Shown here piece after piece: positions 1 through 8,803 of a DNA stretch of 64,000 nucleotides. Under the pieces are notes generated by a model. It ran no database searches. It had not been told where the DNA came from and saw only the letters and a program-made list of their open reading frames with translations. Positions within the stretch are counted from its first letter, which is position 1. Each line of letters opens with the position of its first letter. A program made the translations under genes and the position numbers. The stretch is from Cytophagales bacterium (GTDB taxonomy: Bacteria; Bacteroidota; Bacteroidia; Cytophagales; UBA9547), in the NCBI GenBank assembly GCA_013297755.1, contig JAAFIH010000027.1, forward strand, positions 3,666 through 67,665, read 5' to 3'.

Positions 1-811
1 TTATAATCTTACGAGCAATAGAGGTAAATTGTTCGTTTTGATTTTTAAATTTATCATTTATAAAACGCTGAGCACCAAATGCTTTGATAATTTTAATAAA
101 CGATAAAGTTTCTTCTAATGTACTATTGAGTGTGCCAAAAGATTCAAAACTTTCTTTGGCTTGTTTTCTTAATTTTTTTACTAATAAAGAAATAAGACCC
201 CCAGAAATAGGTATAATTAGCAAAGTAAAAAATGTAAGCTTTGCCGAAATCATAAACAAAACTGAAAAATACATAGTCAATGAAATTGGACTAGAAAAAA
301 TAGCTGCAAATGAACTCGAAAGGGAAGTTTCGACTTCTATACTATCAGAAATTGTACGAGTAATTAAATCGCCTTTTTTGTTATTACTAAAGTAAGAAAT
401 ATCTAAAGTCGTGTATTTTTCAAAAATAATATTTCTTAATGACTTTACTATATGAGTTTTAAAATATTCGATACGAATGGCAGTAAGATATTTGAAAAAA
501 TTTGAAATCATTACTGATGCCACAATAATACAACATACAATTTTGAGGGTATCTAATCGACTATAATTTTTTAATAAATCATAAAAATAATAACTAAAAA
601 TATCCTTAAAATAGCCTAAACTGATAGAGAATACTGGTTTTGTAGCATCTTCAATTACTTTTTCGGTACCAAAAAGTACATCTAACAAAGGAATAATCAA
701 TGTAAAATTGAGAAGACCAAAAAAAGTAGCCAAAAAAGTAAAAGTAAAGTATGGAATTATAAATTGATGATATGGCTTGCAATAATGCAACAATCGAAGA
801 AATACTTTCAT
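1..811 (-). CDS. ABC exporter (MsbA-like), N-terminal transmembrane domain; gene continues beyond the window start
   Basis: Absent from the ORF track because it is open at the window edge. Reverse translation from ATG (811..809) gives MKVFLRLLHYCKPYHQFIIPYFTFTFLATFFGLLNF...YFSNNKKGDLITRTISDSIEVE...LLIIPISGGLISLLVKKLRKQAKESF...IKIIKAFGAQRF. This is the typical type-1 ABC exporter TMD pattern. Confidence 0.7.
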   Translation of the reverse strand, partial: MKVFLRLLHYCKPYHQFIIPYFTFTFLATFFGLLNFTLIIPLLDVLFGTEKVIEDATKPVFSISLGYFKDIFSYYFYDLLKNYSRLDTLKIVCCIIVASVMISNFFKYLTAIRIEYFKTHIVKSLRNIIFEKYTTLDISYFSNNKKGDLITRTISDSIEVETSLSSSFAAIFSSPISLTMYFSVLFMISAKLTFFTLLIIPISGGLISLLVKKLRKQAKESFESFGTLNSTLEETLSFIKIIKAFGAQRFINDKFKNQNEQFTSIARKII

Positions 812-926
812 AATTAGTACAAAATTACAAAATAAAAATTTAATATTCGATTTTGATACCTTAATATTAAAAAATATTTGAATAGAATATTATTGTGATA
901 ATTTTGTAGTCAAAATGGCATAATTA

Positions 927-2237
927 ATGCAAAAAATACACGCACCACTTCAATTTTTGTTCGTAAAAAACATACATTACATCACTATTCTGTGTCTAGT
1001 CGTGTTTATAATATGTTGCAACAATTTTGGACGAACGATTGGACTAGTAAATACCTCTGTTGTGGTATTTTTTGTTTCTATTTTAATCCATTATTTATAT
1101 ACAAAATTTAAAAATACACCTTATCCTACATTTATATTACTATCCTACATGGGTATGTTTTTGTGTTATTTTTTAATGTTTTACTTTGATGGTGAATCTT
1201 TAAAAACATTTAAAAGAGAATTTTCAGTAAGATATTCGTTAATATTATTTCCCATAGCTTTTTGGATTTTACCAAGATATAGCCAAAGAATGTATATGAT
1301 TGTTTTTATTACATTTATTACTGGCATTTTTGGTGTTACTGCCAAAGGAATCTACAATCATTGGCACAACCAACATATAGAAACAATTTGTGAACATTGC
1401 ATTCATAGTGGTGCTTTAGAATTTATATTAATCCCATTTTTTCTAGGACATCACATGTTGTCTATTTTTAATAATATTTCTATAATATTACTTTTAATTT
1501 TAATGTCTGATAGATTTAATCTTACATTGTTTTTTAAATTTATTTGTGGAATTTTTATATTGGTATTCATATATTTTATTCATTTTATTGGTGCTAGAGT
1601 GGGTATTATATCACTTTATTGTATGTTAATTACGCTTGGTATTTATTATTCTTTTAGGTTTAAAATGGCAAAATATTATTTTCTCATTGCTTTTACTTTA
1701 ATATCAACTTTTGCAGTTTTGATGTATAAATTTAATGCAAGGGCAAAACATAGGGTAGACGATACTATGGCTCAAATAAGTTTTTCAAAATGGAATATCA
1801 ACGATTATGGTTCAAATTTTGGTTCGAGAATTATGGCCCTAAATGTAGGGATTCAAATACTAAAAGACGATTTTTTATTGGGTTGTAAGTATGGAGATGA
1901 AGAAAAAGTATACAAACAATATTATAATAAAATGTATGGAGTACCCGAAACTGCCCATCCTTGGGGCAATACTGCACTAAAACCACATTTAGAATTTGTA
2001 AGAATGTTGGCCATGATGGGTTTGCCTATTGGGGTTTTGTTTGCTATATTTTATTTTGTGCCTTTTTTTTCAAAACATATTTATCAATATATATATATAT
2101 TACTATTTTTTATACCAGAAACTATATTTTGTTTTACTGACATGCCATTTGAAATGTGGTATTGGTATTATAATTTTTCAATGATGGGGCCATTGCTTGT
2201 TCATTTTTATTTTTCTCAGAAGTATGAATCAGCTTAA
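927..2237 (+). CDS. Polytopic membrane protein, O-antigen ligase/polymerase-like (Wzy_C-like)
   Basis: 436 aa and hydrophobic throughout, with about 10-12 predicted TM segments. It has a periplasmic-loop-like segment (AHPWGNTALKPHLEFVRMLAMMGLPIG) resembling the O-antigen ligase motif. It lies in a glycosyltransferase cluster. Confidence 0.5.
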   Translation: MQKIHAPLQFLFVKNIHYITILCLVVFIICCNNFGRTIGLVNTSVVVFFVSILIHYLYTKFKNTPYPTFILLSYMGMFLCYFLMFYFDGESLKTFKREFSVRYSLILFPIAFWILPRYSQRMYMIVFITFITGIFGVTAKGIYNHWHNQHIETICEHCIHSGALEFILIPFFLGHHMLSIFNNISIILLLILMSDRFNLTLFFKFICGIFILVFIYFIHFIGARVGIISLYCMLITLGIYYSFRFKMAKYYFLIAFTLISTFAVLMYKFNARAKHRVDDTMAQISFSKWNINDYGSNFGSRIMALNVGIQILKDDFLLGCKYGDEEKVYKQYYNKMYGVPETAHPWGNTALKPHLEFVRMLAMMGLPIGVLFAIFYFVPFFSKHIYQYIYILLFFIPETIFCFTDMPFEMWYWYYNFSMMGPLLVHFYFSQKYESA

Positions 2238-3486
2238 AAATATAAACCAAGTTTTAATTACTTATTTATTACCAATAAGCCTTATTATTTTTGGTATAAG
2301 TTTACTTTTTGTTGAAGGATACATAGCTATCTCCTCAATATCGCTTGTTGCTTTAATAATATTACTTTTTTTGTCTAATTTGTGTAAAAAAGAAATCTCA
2401 AAATCTATTCCAAATTATGTAATTATAAGTATTTTATCGACTTTTTTGATTTTAGTATTAGGTATTTTTATATCAAATGGATATAGTTTTTATAATTCAG
2501 CAACTTGGATAAAACGATGGGCCATGTTTTGCTATTGTGGTATGATATTTTATTTATTACCCAAACAACCTAAAATTGTCTATTTTTTACTTTTAGTGTC
2601 ATTTATTTTAGTCATTTTGAGTATTGATATGTATGTTTTTTACAAATATTACCAAATTATAATTATTGACAAAGGTACACATCTGCCTGAATCTACTTGG
2701 ATCAATTTTATTGATTTGATGGGAATTTATATTTTACCGTTTAGATACACGCATCATACATTGGCATTTTTCAACATTTTTGCAATTTCATTATCAATAT
2801 ATTTAATAAAATTATTACCAAAATATACATATTTTTTGATATTATTTTCAGTTTTAATGATTTTAATGGTTCATTTTTATTCTTCGAGAATGGCCATTTT
2901 TGTTATGTATATTTTAGCAGGTGTATATGCTTATAGTTTTGTAAGAAATTTTAAATATAAATTTATAACTTTTGTCTCTGTATTATTACTTTTAATTTTA
3001 TCTTTGTCTATTTTAATAAATAAAATACCTACCTTAGGTTTAAAAGTTGAAAAACTTAAAACTGAATTAAAATTTTATCAAGTTTCGAGTTATGAAGAAA
3101 TAAAAAATGGACCAGAATATAGATTAAAAAGCTATTTTATAGCTTTTGACTATCTAAAAAATAATTTTTGGAAAGGCATAGGATTATCAAATATGGGAGA
3201 AGCATTTGAACATGACACAAAACCCTATCCATTAAACAATTATTTATATCTGGCTGTGGCAATAGGTGTCCCTTGTGCTATTTTGATATTTATTTTTCAT
3301 TTTTTTCCCTTTATTTTTACGAATATTTTTTGTGATATTGGATTAGTAATTGCTACATTTTATGTAAGTTTATTATTTTATAGTGCCATAGATGCAGCCT
3401 TTATTATGCCTGTATATATTAAATTTTTAGCTTTTTGGGGACCAGCTCTCCAACACATAAAACTTCAACTAGATCCTAAAACATGA
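2224..3486 (+). CDS. Second polytopic membrane protein, O-antigen ligase/polymerase-like
   Basis: The ORF track gives 2197..3486. I prefer the ATG at 2224 (MNQLKNINQ...), which overlaps the upstream stop by 14 nt. The protein is multi-TM with a late loop PYPLNNYLYLAVAIGVP, and is a paralogue-like neighbour of 927..2237. Confidence 0.5.
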   Translation: MNQLKNINQVLITYLLPISLIIFGISLLFVEGYIAISSISLVALIILLFLSNLCKKEISKSIPNYVIISILSTFLILVLGIFISNGYSFYNSATWIKRWAMFCYCGMIFYLLPKQPKIVYFLLLVSFILVILSIDMYVFYKYYQIIIIDKGTHLPESTWINFIDLMGIYILPFRYTHHTLAFFNIFAISLSIYLIKLLPKYTYFLILFSVLMILMVHFYSSRMAIFVMYILAGVYAYSFVRNFKYKFITFVSVLLLLILSLSILINKIPTLGLKVEKLKTELKFYQVSSYEEIKNGPEYRLKSYFIAFDYLKNNFWKGIGLSNMGEAFEHDTKPYPLNNYLYLAVAIGVPCAILIFIFHFFPFIFTNIFCDIGLVIATFYVSLLFYSAIDAAFIMPVYIKFLAFWGPALQHIKLQLDPKT

Positions 3487-4607
3487 AAATCGTATTTCTT
3501 ACTAATCATAATCCACATCACAAAGGCTCTTGGTCTGGTATCATCTATCAAATGTATCAAGGATTTGAGAAAAATGGTTTTGAGATATTTTATGTAGGCA
3601 AATCAAAACCATTGATAAGGCATTTTGTAAAGATTTATGCTAAATTATACAAACTATTTAGTAATAAATTATATGACACCAAACATAGTCTTGTGATTTC
3701 TAAAGCACAAGGAAAAATATACAGCAAACAAATAAATGTAATAAACCCAGATTTTGTTTTTGCTCCAGCAGCTTCGTCTGAAATAGCTTTTTTAGATATT
3801 AAAGCAAAAATGATTTATACTTCAGATACCACTTTTGCGTTGATGAATGGCTATTATGATTCATATTCTCACTTTTGCAAAAAGTCTATTTTTCAAGCAA
3901 ATGACATTGAAAAAAGGGCTTTGCAAAATGCAAATTATGTTGTTTATCCTTCTGAATGGGCAGCAAAATCGGCCACAGAATACTATGGCATTGATAAAAA
4001 CAAAGTTAATATCATTGAATATGGCTCTAATCTACAAAATGAAAAAAAATATTTTCCAAAAGAAATTTATCCAAACCAGCCACTAAAGTTTCTGTTTTTG
4101 GGCATAGATTGGCATCGAAAGGGTGGACATATTGTTGTAGACACTTTATTGAAATTACATCAACAAGGGATTGAAGTTTCGTTAACTATTTGTGGATGCA
4201 ATCCTGTTATTGAAGTTCCTTTTAAGGTAATAATTGAAGGTTTTTTAGATAAAAATATTATATCTGAAGAGCTTAAATTAATTGCATTATTAGAAGATGC
4301 TCATTTTTTGTTTGTACCTTCTCTGAGCGAATGTTTTGGAATAGTTTACTGTGAAGCATCTAGCTGCGGCACTCCTAGTTTAGGAATAAATACAGGTGGA
4401 GTATCATCTGCAATAAAACATAATATTAATGGTATTTGCTTAGAAAATAACCACTTGTCTGCTTCTAATTTCGCTATTGAAATTAAAAAAATGATTCAGA
4501 CACCATCTATATATAGAGAGATGTCTAAAAATTGCATTGATGTATACCAATCTACTTTTCGATGGGATGTTTTTATAGATAAAGTTGTAGGATTGACAAA
4601 AAAATAA
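3483..4607 (+). CDS. Glycosyltransferase family 4 (GT-B fold)
   Basis: C-terminal motif FLFVPSLSECFGIVYCEASSCGTPSLGINTGGVSSAIKHNINGICL matches the E-x7-E GT4 signature. The start overlaps the upstream stop (ATGA). Confidence 0.85.
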   Translation: MKIVFLTNHNPHHKGSWSGIIYQMYQGFEKNGFEIFYVGKSKPLIRHFVKIYAKLYKLFSNKLYDTKHSLVISKAQGKIYSKQINVINPDFVFAPAASSEIAFLDIKAKMIYTSDTTFALMNGYYDSYSHFCKKSIFQANDIEKRALQNANYVVYPSEWAAKSATEYYGIDKNKVNIIEYGSNLQNEKKYFPKEIYPNQPLKFLFLGIDWHRKGGHIVVDTLLKLHQQGIEVSLTICGCNPVIEVPFKVIIEGFLDKNIISEELKLIALLEDAHFLFVPSLSECFGIVYCEASSCGTPSLGINTGGVSSAIKHNINGICLENNHLSASNFAIEIKKMIQTPSIYREMSKNCIDVYQSTFRWDVFIDKVVGLTKK

Positions 4608-4611
4608 TAAT

Positions 4612-5511
4612 TTATTTGTCATAAGTTACTGAATATAGATTTTTGAAAGCATTGATATTGGCCACCATCCATTGAGGCATAGCATTGGTAATATTTATTT
4701 TTTTTGTTTTAATTTTATTATCATGTAGCACTTTTCCGTTTTTTATCAAGTTAGAAATATCATTTTTAGTATAATTTTTTTCGGCAACTTCTATGTGAGC
4801 AAATGATGCTATTTTAGTAATAATTTTATCAATTCCGCCCAAATAACTAAAATGCCAACCCCCATTTTTAATGTAAGTATTTTTGGGTTGAATAAATCTA
4901 AGTTTTTCTCTGCAATCTTGTGCTGTGGTGAAATTATTTTTCAATATTATTACTGTTGCTTGCCAAGCAATAGTATTTATATATTTATAATAATATTTTG
5001 GTATTTGTAGTATTTTTCCAAGAAAGTAGTATTTAAGATTAAAATTATTTTTAACCTCAAAATCTACAAAATAATAAAAATTTCTCATTAGTAATATTTT
5101 TGTTTCTTTTACATTTACAAAATATTGGGCCAACACATCTTTATTTGGTATCTCATCTACATCTGATACTAAAATTATATCGTTTGGTAAGGCTTTTTGG
5201 AGACCAAGACTTATGCCATTTCTTTGGTAATGTTCTAAATTCCAGCTTTGATCTTCGTGGTATATGCCAGTGGGCGGCATTTTATCTAATTTCACATGAA
5301 TAATTTTATCTAAAAATGAGGCATATCGTTGCTTATTCTCTTCAAATATGTAATTTTTGGTTTGGCCTTGGTGGGTAAAATTGGCCTCAACCAGTACAAA
5401 ATAATCAACCACAGAGTGTAGTTCATTTAATCTGATTTCGAGTAAATCTAACTCATTGAAAAATGTAAAACAGTCGAAAATTTGAGGTTTGTTTGATTTA
5501 TTTTGTTCCAT
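4612..5511 (-). CDS. Glycosyltransferase family 17-like (GnT-III-like)
   Basis: N-terminus IFDCFTFFNELDLLEIRLNELHSVVDYFVLVEANFTHQGQTK matches the conserved start of bacterial GT17 homologues as I recall them. Confidence 0.7.
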   Translation of the reverse strand: MEQNKSNKPQIFDCFTFFNELDLLEIRLNELHSVVDYFVLVEANFTHQGQTKNYIFEENKQRYASFLDKIIHVKLDKMPPTGIYHEDQSWNLEHYQRNGISLGLQKALPNDIILVSDVDEIPNKDVLAQYFVNVKETKILLMRNFYYFVDFEVKNNFNLKYYFLGKILQIPKYYYKYINTIAWQATVIILKNNFTTAQDCREKLRFIQPKNTYIKNGGWHFSYLGGIDKIITKIASFAHIEVAEKNYTKNDISNLIKNGKVLHDNKIKTKKINITNAMPQWMVANINAFKNLYSVTYDK

Positions 5512-5600
5512 TTTTTGTAATAAAATGTAAAAATATTTAGTTTTTTAGAATTATTATTTTTTCAAAAAAAACATTTTAATAATAATTAAGTTATAAATGT

Positions 5601-6293
5601 ATGAAAAATTATTTAATTATAGGTGCTTCCACAGGAATTGGATTGCAATCTGCCGCTTTATTGAGCAAAAACAACCAAGTTTTTGGCACATATTCAAAAA
5701 ATAAAATAAACAATGCTTCTCAATTACAATATCATTATTGCAATGTGTTGGACGAAACACAAGATTTAAGTTTCTTACCCGAAACCTTAGATGGTTTGGT
5801 ATATTGCCCAGGAGCTGTCAATCTAAAACCTTTTGCAAGAATTAAGCCTGAGGATTTTATCAAAGATTACGAACTTCAAGTATTAGGAGCTATTAAAATT
5901 ATTCAACAAATATTACCAAAATTAAAAGCTGTTGATTTGTCTTCTATTGTATTGTTTTCTACTGTGGCAGTGCAATCTGGTTATAATTTTCACTCATTGG
6001 TGGCCTCTTCTAAAGGTGCTATTGAGGGGCTAACCAAATCTTTGGCTGCTGAGTTTGCTCCCAAAATTAGGGTAAATTGTATTGCTCCATCTATCACAAT
6101 GACTCCACTTGTGGCTGGATTGCTCAATACAGATGACAAAATACAAACCACAGCTGCCAAGCATCCACTCAAAAAAATTGGTTCTGCTACTGATGTAGCC
6201 CATTTGGTAGAGTTTTTGGTAACTGACAAATCTAGTTGGATCACTGGCCAAGTTTTTCATATTGATGGTGGAATGTCTACTTTAAAAGTTTAA
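5601..6293 (+). CDS. Short-chain dehydrogenase/reductase (SDR)
   Basis: Gly-rich NAD(P) motif IIGASTGIG. The catalytic region reads SSKGAIEGLTKSLAAEFAPKIRVNCIAP, and the C-terminus is ITGQVFHIDGG. Confidence 0.85.
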   Translation: MKNYLIIGASTGIGLQSAALLSKNNQVFGTYSKNKINNASQLQYHYCNVLDETQDLSFLPETLDGLVYCPGAVNLKPFARIKPEDFIKDYELQVLGAIKIIQQILPKLKAVDLSSIVLFSTVAVQSGYNFHSLVASSKGAIEGLTKSLAAEFAPKIRVNCIAPSITMTPLVAGLLNTDDKIQTTAAKHPLKKIGSATDVAHLVEFLVTDKSSWITGQVFHIDGGMSTLKV

Positions 6294-6296
6294 ATT

Positions 6297-6584
6297 TTGA
6301 CAAAATCTGAAAATTTCTTTCCTATTGACATTGATAGAATTATAGAAATGGCTTGGGAAGATCGCACACCTTTCGAGGCCATTTTTGCTCAGTTTGGAAC
6401 ATCAGAAGCTGATGTTATCAAAATTATGCGTCAAAATTTGAAGAGATCGAGCTTTAACTTGTGGCGAAAAAGGGTAAACAATGGGGTAAGTCAAAAACAT
6501 TTAAAAAAACGAAGTTTAGATATGAATCGTTTTAAATGTACCCTACAAAGACAAATTACGATTAATAAAATTAGTAAAAGATGA
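6297..6584 (+). CDS. TIGR03643/DUF2805-like small protein
   Basis: RIIEMAWEDRTPFEAIFAQFGTSEADVIKIMRQNLKRSSFNLWRKRV matches the conserved core of this family, which typically sits next to photolyase-related genes. Confidence 0.75.
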   Translation: MTKSENFFPIDIDRIIEMAWEDRTPFEAIFAQFGTSEADVIKIMRQNLKRSSFNLWRKRVNNGVSQKHLKKRSLDMNRFKCTLQRQITINKISKR

Positions 6585-7672
6585 TTTTTTCGACCAACTA
6601 CGCTGATGTATTAAAACTTGTAGACCAAATTGAGCCACACAAATATGGACATACAAGAAACTATGTAGATGGTGCAATTACAAAACTATCGCCTTATATC
6701 TCTAGAGGATTGATTTCTGTAAAAACAATTTTTGATAGTTTGCTTCAAAAAAATATTTCTCCCAATGAAGTAGTCAAATTTGTGCAACAACTTGCTTGGA
6801 GAGAATATTTTCAACATGTATGGCAGCATAAAAATATTGATGAGGACATCAAAAGTAATCAAGAAAATTTTATTGATAATTACTTTTCTGAAGCTATCTA
6901 TCAAGCCAGTACTGGCATCCATGCCATTGATTTAGCTATTCAAGAATTTTATAAAACTGGTTATTTGCATAATCATTTGCGATTATACATAGCAAGTTTG
7001 GCTTGCAATGTGGCACAATCTCATTGGAAAATGCCTGCACAATGGATGTATTATTATCTTTTGGATGCTGATTGGGCAAGCAATTCATGTAGCTGGCAGT
7101 GGGTTGGTGGCTCGTTTTCTAGCAAAAAATATTATGCCAATCAAGAAAATATCAATCATTATACCAAAACTTGGCAACAACATACTTTTTTGGATAAGTC
7201 TTATGAAGAAATTAGAGAAATGAATGTTCCACAACATTTAACGTCCAAAATTGATTTAAAATTAAAAACTAATCTACCTACAAAATCTGATTTAGTTGTT
7301 GATAAAAGTAAGAAAACAGTTATTTATAATTTTTATAATTTAGATCCACTTTGGCATAAAGCGGAAGATGTAAATAGAATATTATTACTTGAGCCATCTC
7401 ATTTTGAAAAATATCCCGTCTGCGATAAATCTTTGAAATTTGCTATTGATTTAAGCAAAAACATACCCCTTTTGAATATTTTTGTGGGCGAATTTTCTGA
7501 AATTATTTCTCAGGTAGATGCTAAAACAATATGCTATAAAGAGCATCCAGCTTTTGCACATTATCAAGGAATAAAAGAAAATAGAGATTGGATTTTTAAA
7601 GATATTCAAGGGTATTATCCTTCTTTTTTTAAATTTTGGCAGCAATGCGAAAAGGTGTTGAAAGATTATTAA
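6581..7672 (+). CDS. Photolyase/cryptochrome FAD-binding-domain protein lacking the N-terminal antenna domain
   Basis: Motifs LSPYISRGLIS, WREYFQHVW, LHNHLRLYIASLA and SNSCSWQWVGGS resemble the photolyase FAD_binding_7 region. It is only 363 aa. The start overlaps the upstream stop. Confidence 0.7.
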   Translation: MIFSTNYADVLKLVDQIEPHKYGHTRNYVDGAITKLSPYISRGLISVKTIFDSLLQKNISPNEVVKFVQQLAWREYFQHVWQHKNIDEDIKSNQENFIDNYFSEAIYQASTGIHAIDLAIQEFYKTGYLHNHLRLYIASLACNVAQSHWKMPAQWMYYYLLDADWASNSCSWQWVGGSFSSKKYYANQENINHYTKTWQQHTFLDKSYEEIREMNVPQHLTSKIDLKLKTNLPTKSDLVVDKSKKTVIYNFYNLDPLWHKAEDVNRILLLEPSHFEKYPVCDKSLKFAIDLSKNIPLLNIFVGEFSEIISQVDAKTICYKEHPAFAHYQGIKENRDWIFKDIQGYYPSFFKFWQQCEKVLKDY

Positions 7673-7823
7673 TTTTTTATAAAAATATTTTTAATTGTAG
7701 GATTTTTTGATTGCAAATTTTAATTTTGCATAAAATTAGTTGAGGTAACCAGCTAAAAATATTCTATTTATATTCAAAAACCTTACCTTAATTCTATTCA
7801 AATGTGATTGGATAGAATATAAT

Positions 7824-7940
7824 GGAACTTCTAAAAACCTCAATTCATAAGAAGCCCTCCCTCTTGGATTCTGTGGCATCAAAACAGAAATTGGTTTGAG
7901 TGGGGTTTTTGAAAATATATTTGAGGTTTTTAGAAGTTCC
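7824..7940. mobile_element. 117-bp MITE-like element with perfect 20-bp terminal inverted repeats
   Basis: GGAACTTCTAAAAACCTCAA at 7824-7843 is the exact reverse complement of 7921-7940. The interior carries one copy of the C-rich/hairpin/G-rich intergenic 'word' found elsewhere in the window. Confidence 0.6.
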
Positions 7941-8002
7941 CATAAGTTGGTTTTAGAATTTCTTAATTTAAAATATTCATATTATAGGTAATAAAATAAA
8001 TC

Positions 8003-8713
8003 ATGGGAAGAGCATTTGAATTTCGTAAAGCCAGAAAAATGAAGCGTTGGTCGGCTATGTCTAAGGCGTTTACACGCATAGGAAAAGATATTTCTATGGC
8101 TGTAAAGGCTGGTGGTGGCGACCCCAACAACAATACAAGGCTTAGAATTGCCATTCAAAATGCTAAGGGTGTAAATATGCCCAAAGATAACGTGGACGCA
8201 GCCATCAAAAAAGCATTGAACAAAGAAGACAAAGATCTTACCGAAATGGTTTATGAAGGCATGGGGCCGCATGGTGTAGCTTTTATGGTGGAGTGTGCTA
8301 CCGATAATGGCAATAGAACAGTGGCAGATTTGAGAGTAATATTTTCGAGAAATGGTGGACTTTTGGGAACTTCTGGCTCTGTAGCTTTCCAATTTGAGCG
8401 TAAAGGTGTTTTCAAATTGGCAGCAGCTGGACTAAATGTAGAAGACTTGGAGCTAGAATTGATAGATTTTGGTGCAGAAGAGGTATTTGAAGAAGATGGC
8501 GAAATTTTTATCCATACCGCTTATACTGATTTCGGGCAAATGCAAAAAGCACTTGATGAGCGTAAAATAACCATTATTAGTTCTGAATTGCAACGAATAC
8601 CTACTATTTATAAAGAGGATCTTACAGAAGAACAGCAAAATGAAGTAAGCGAATTGTTTGATAAGTTAGAAGAAAACGATGATGTGCAAAACGTATTTTC
8701 TACCTTAGCATAA
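8003..8713 (+). CDS. yebC: YebC/PmpR family DNA-binding transcriptional regulator
   Basis: The full-length translation MGRAFEFRKARKMKRWSAMSKAFTRIGKDISMAVKAGGGDPNNNTRLRIAIQNAKGVNMPKDNVDAAIKKA... is the highly conserved YebC family sequence. Confidence 0.95.
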   Translation: MGRAFEFRKARKMKRWSAMSKAFTRIGKDISMAVKAGGGDPNNNTRLRIAIQNAKGVNMPKDNVDAAIKKALNKEDKDLTEMVYEGMGPHGVAFMVECATDNGNRTVADLRVIFSRNGGLLGTSGSVAFQFERKGVFKLAAAGLNVEDLELELIDFGAEEVFEEDGEIFIHTAYTDFGQMQKALDERKITIISSELQRIPTIYKEDLTEEQQNEVSELFDKLEENDDVQNVFSTLA

Positions 8714-8747
8714 CGTACTTTTCAAATAGATATATAGTAATAATTTG

Positions 8748-8803
8748 ATGGTTTATAAACAAAATTTTAAGTTACATACAATTTAATCTTGTTTATAAAC
8801 CAT
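8748..8803. terminator. 13-bp inverted repeat between convergent genes (possible bidirectional terminator)
   Basis: ATGGTTTATAAAC (8748-8760) is the reverse complement of GTTTATAAACCAT (8791-8803), with a 30-nt spacer. The right arm overlaps the stop of the minus-strand OmpA-family gene. Confidence 0.35.

Noticed and set aside
84-395. 103-aa plus-strand ORF from the track
   Set aside because: It lies entirely antisense to a much longer minus-strand reading frame (1..811) with clear ABC-exporter TMD features, and its own translation has no recognisable features.
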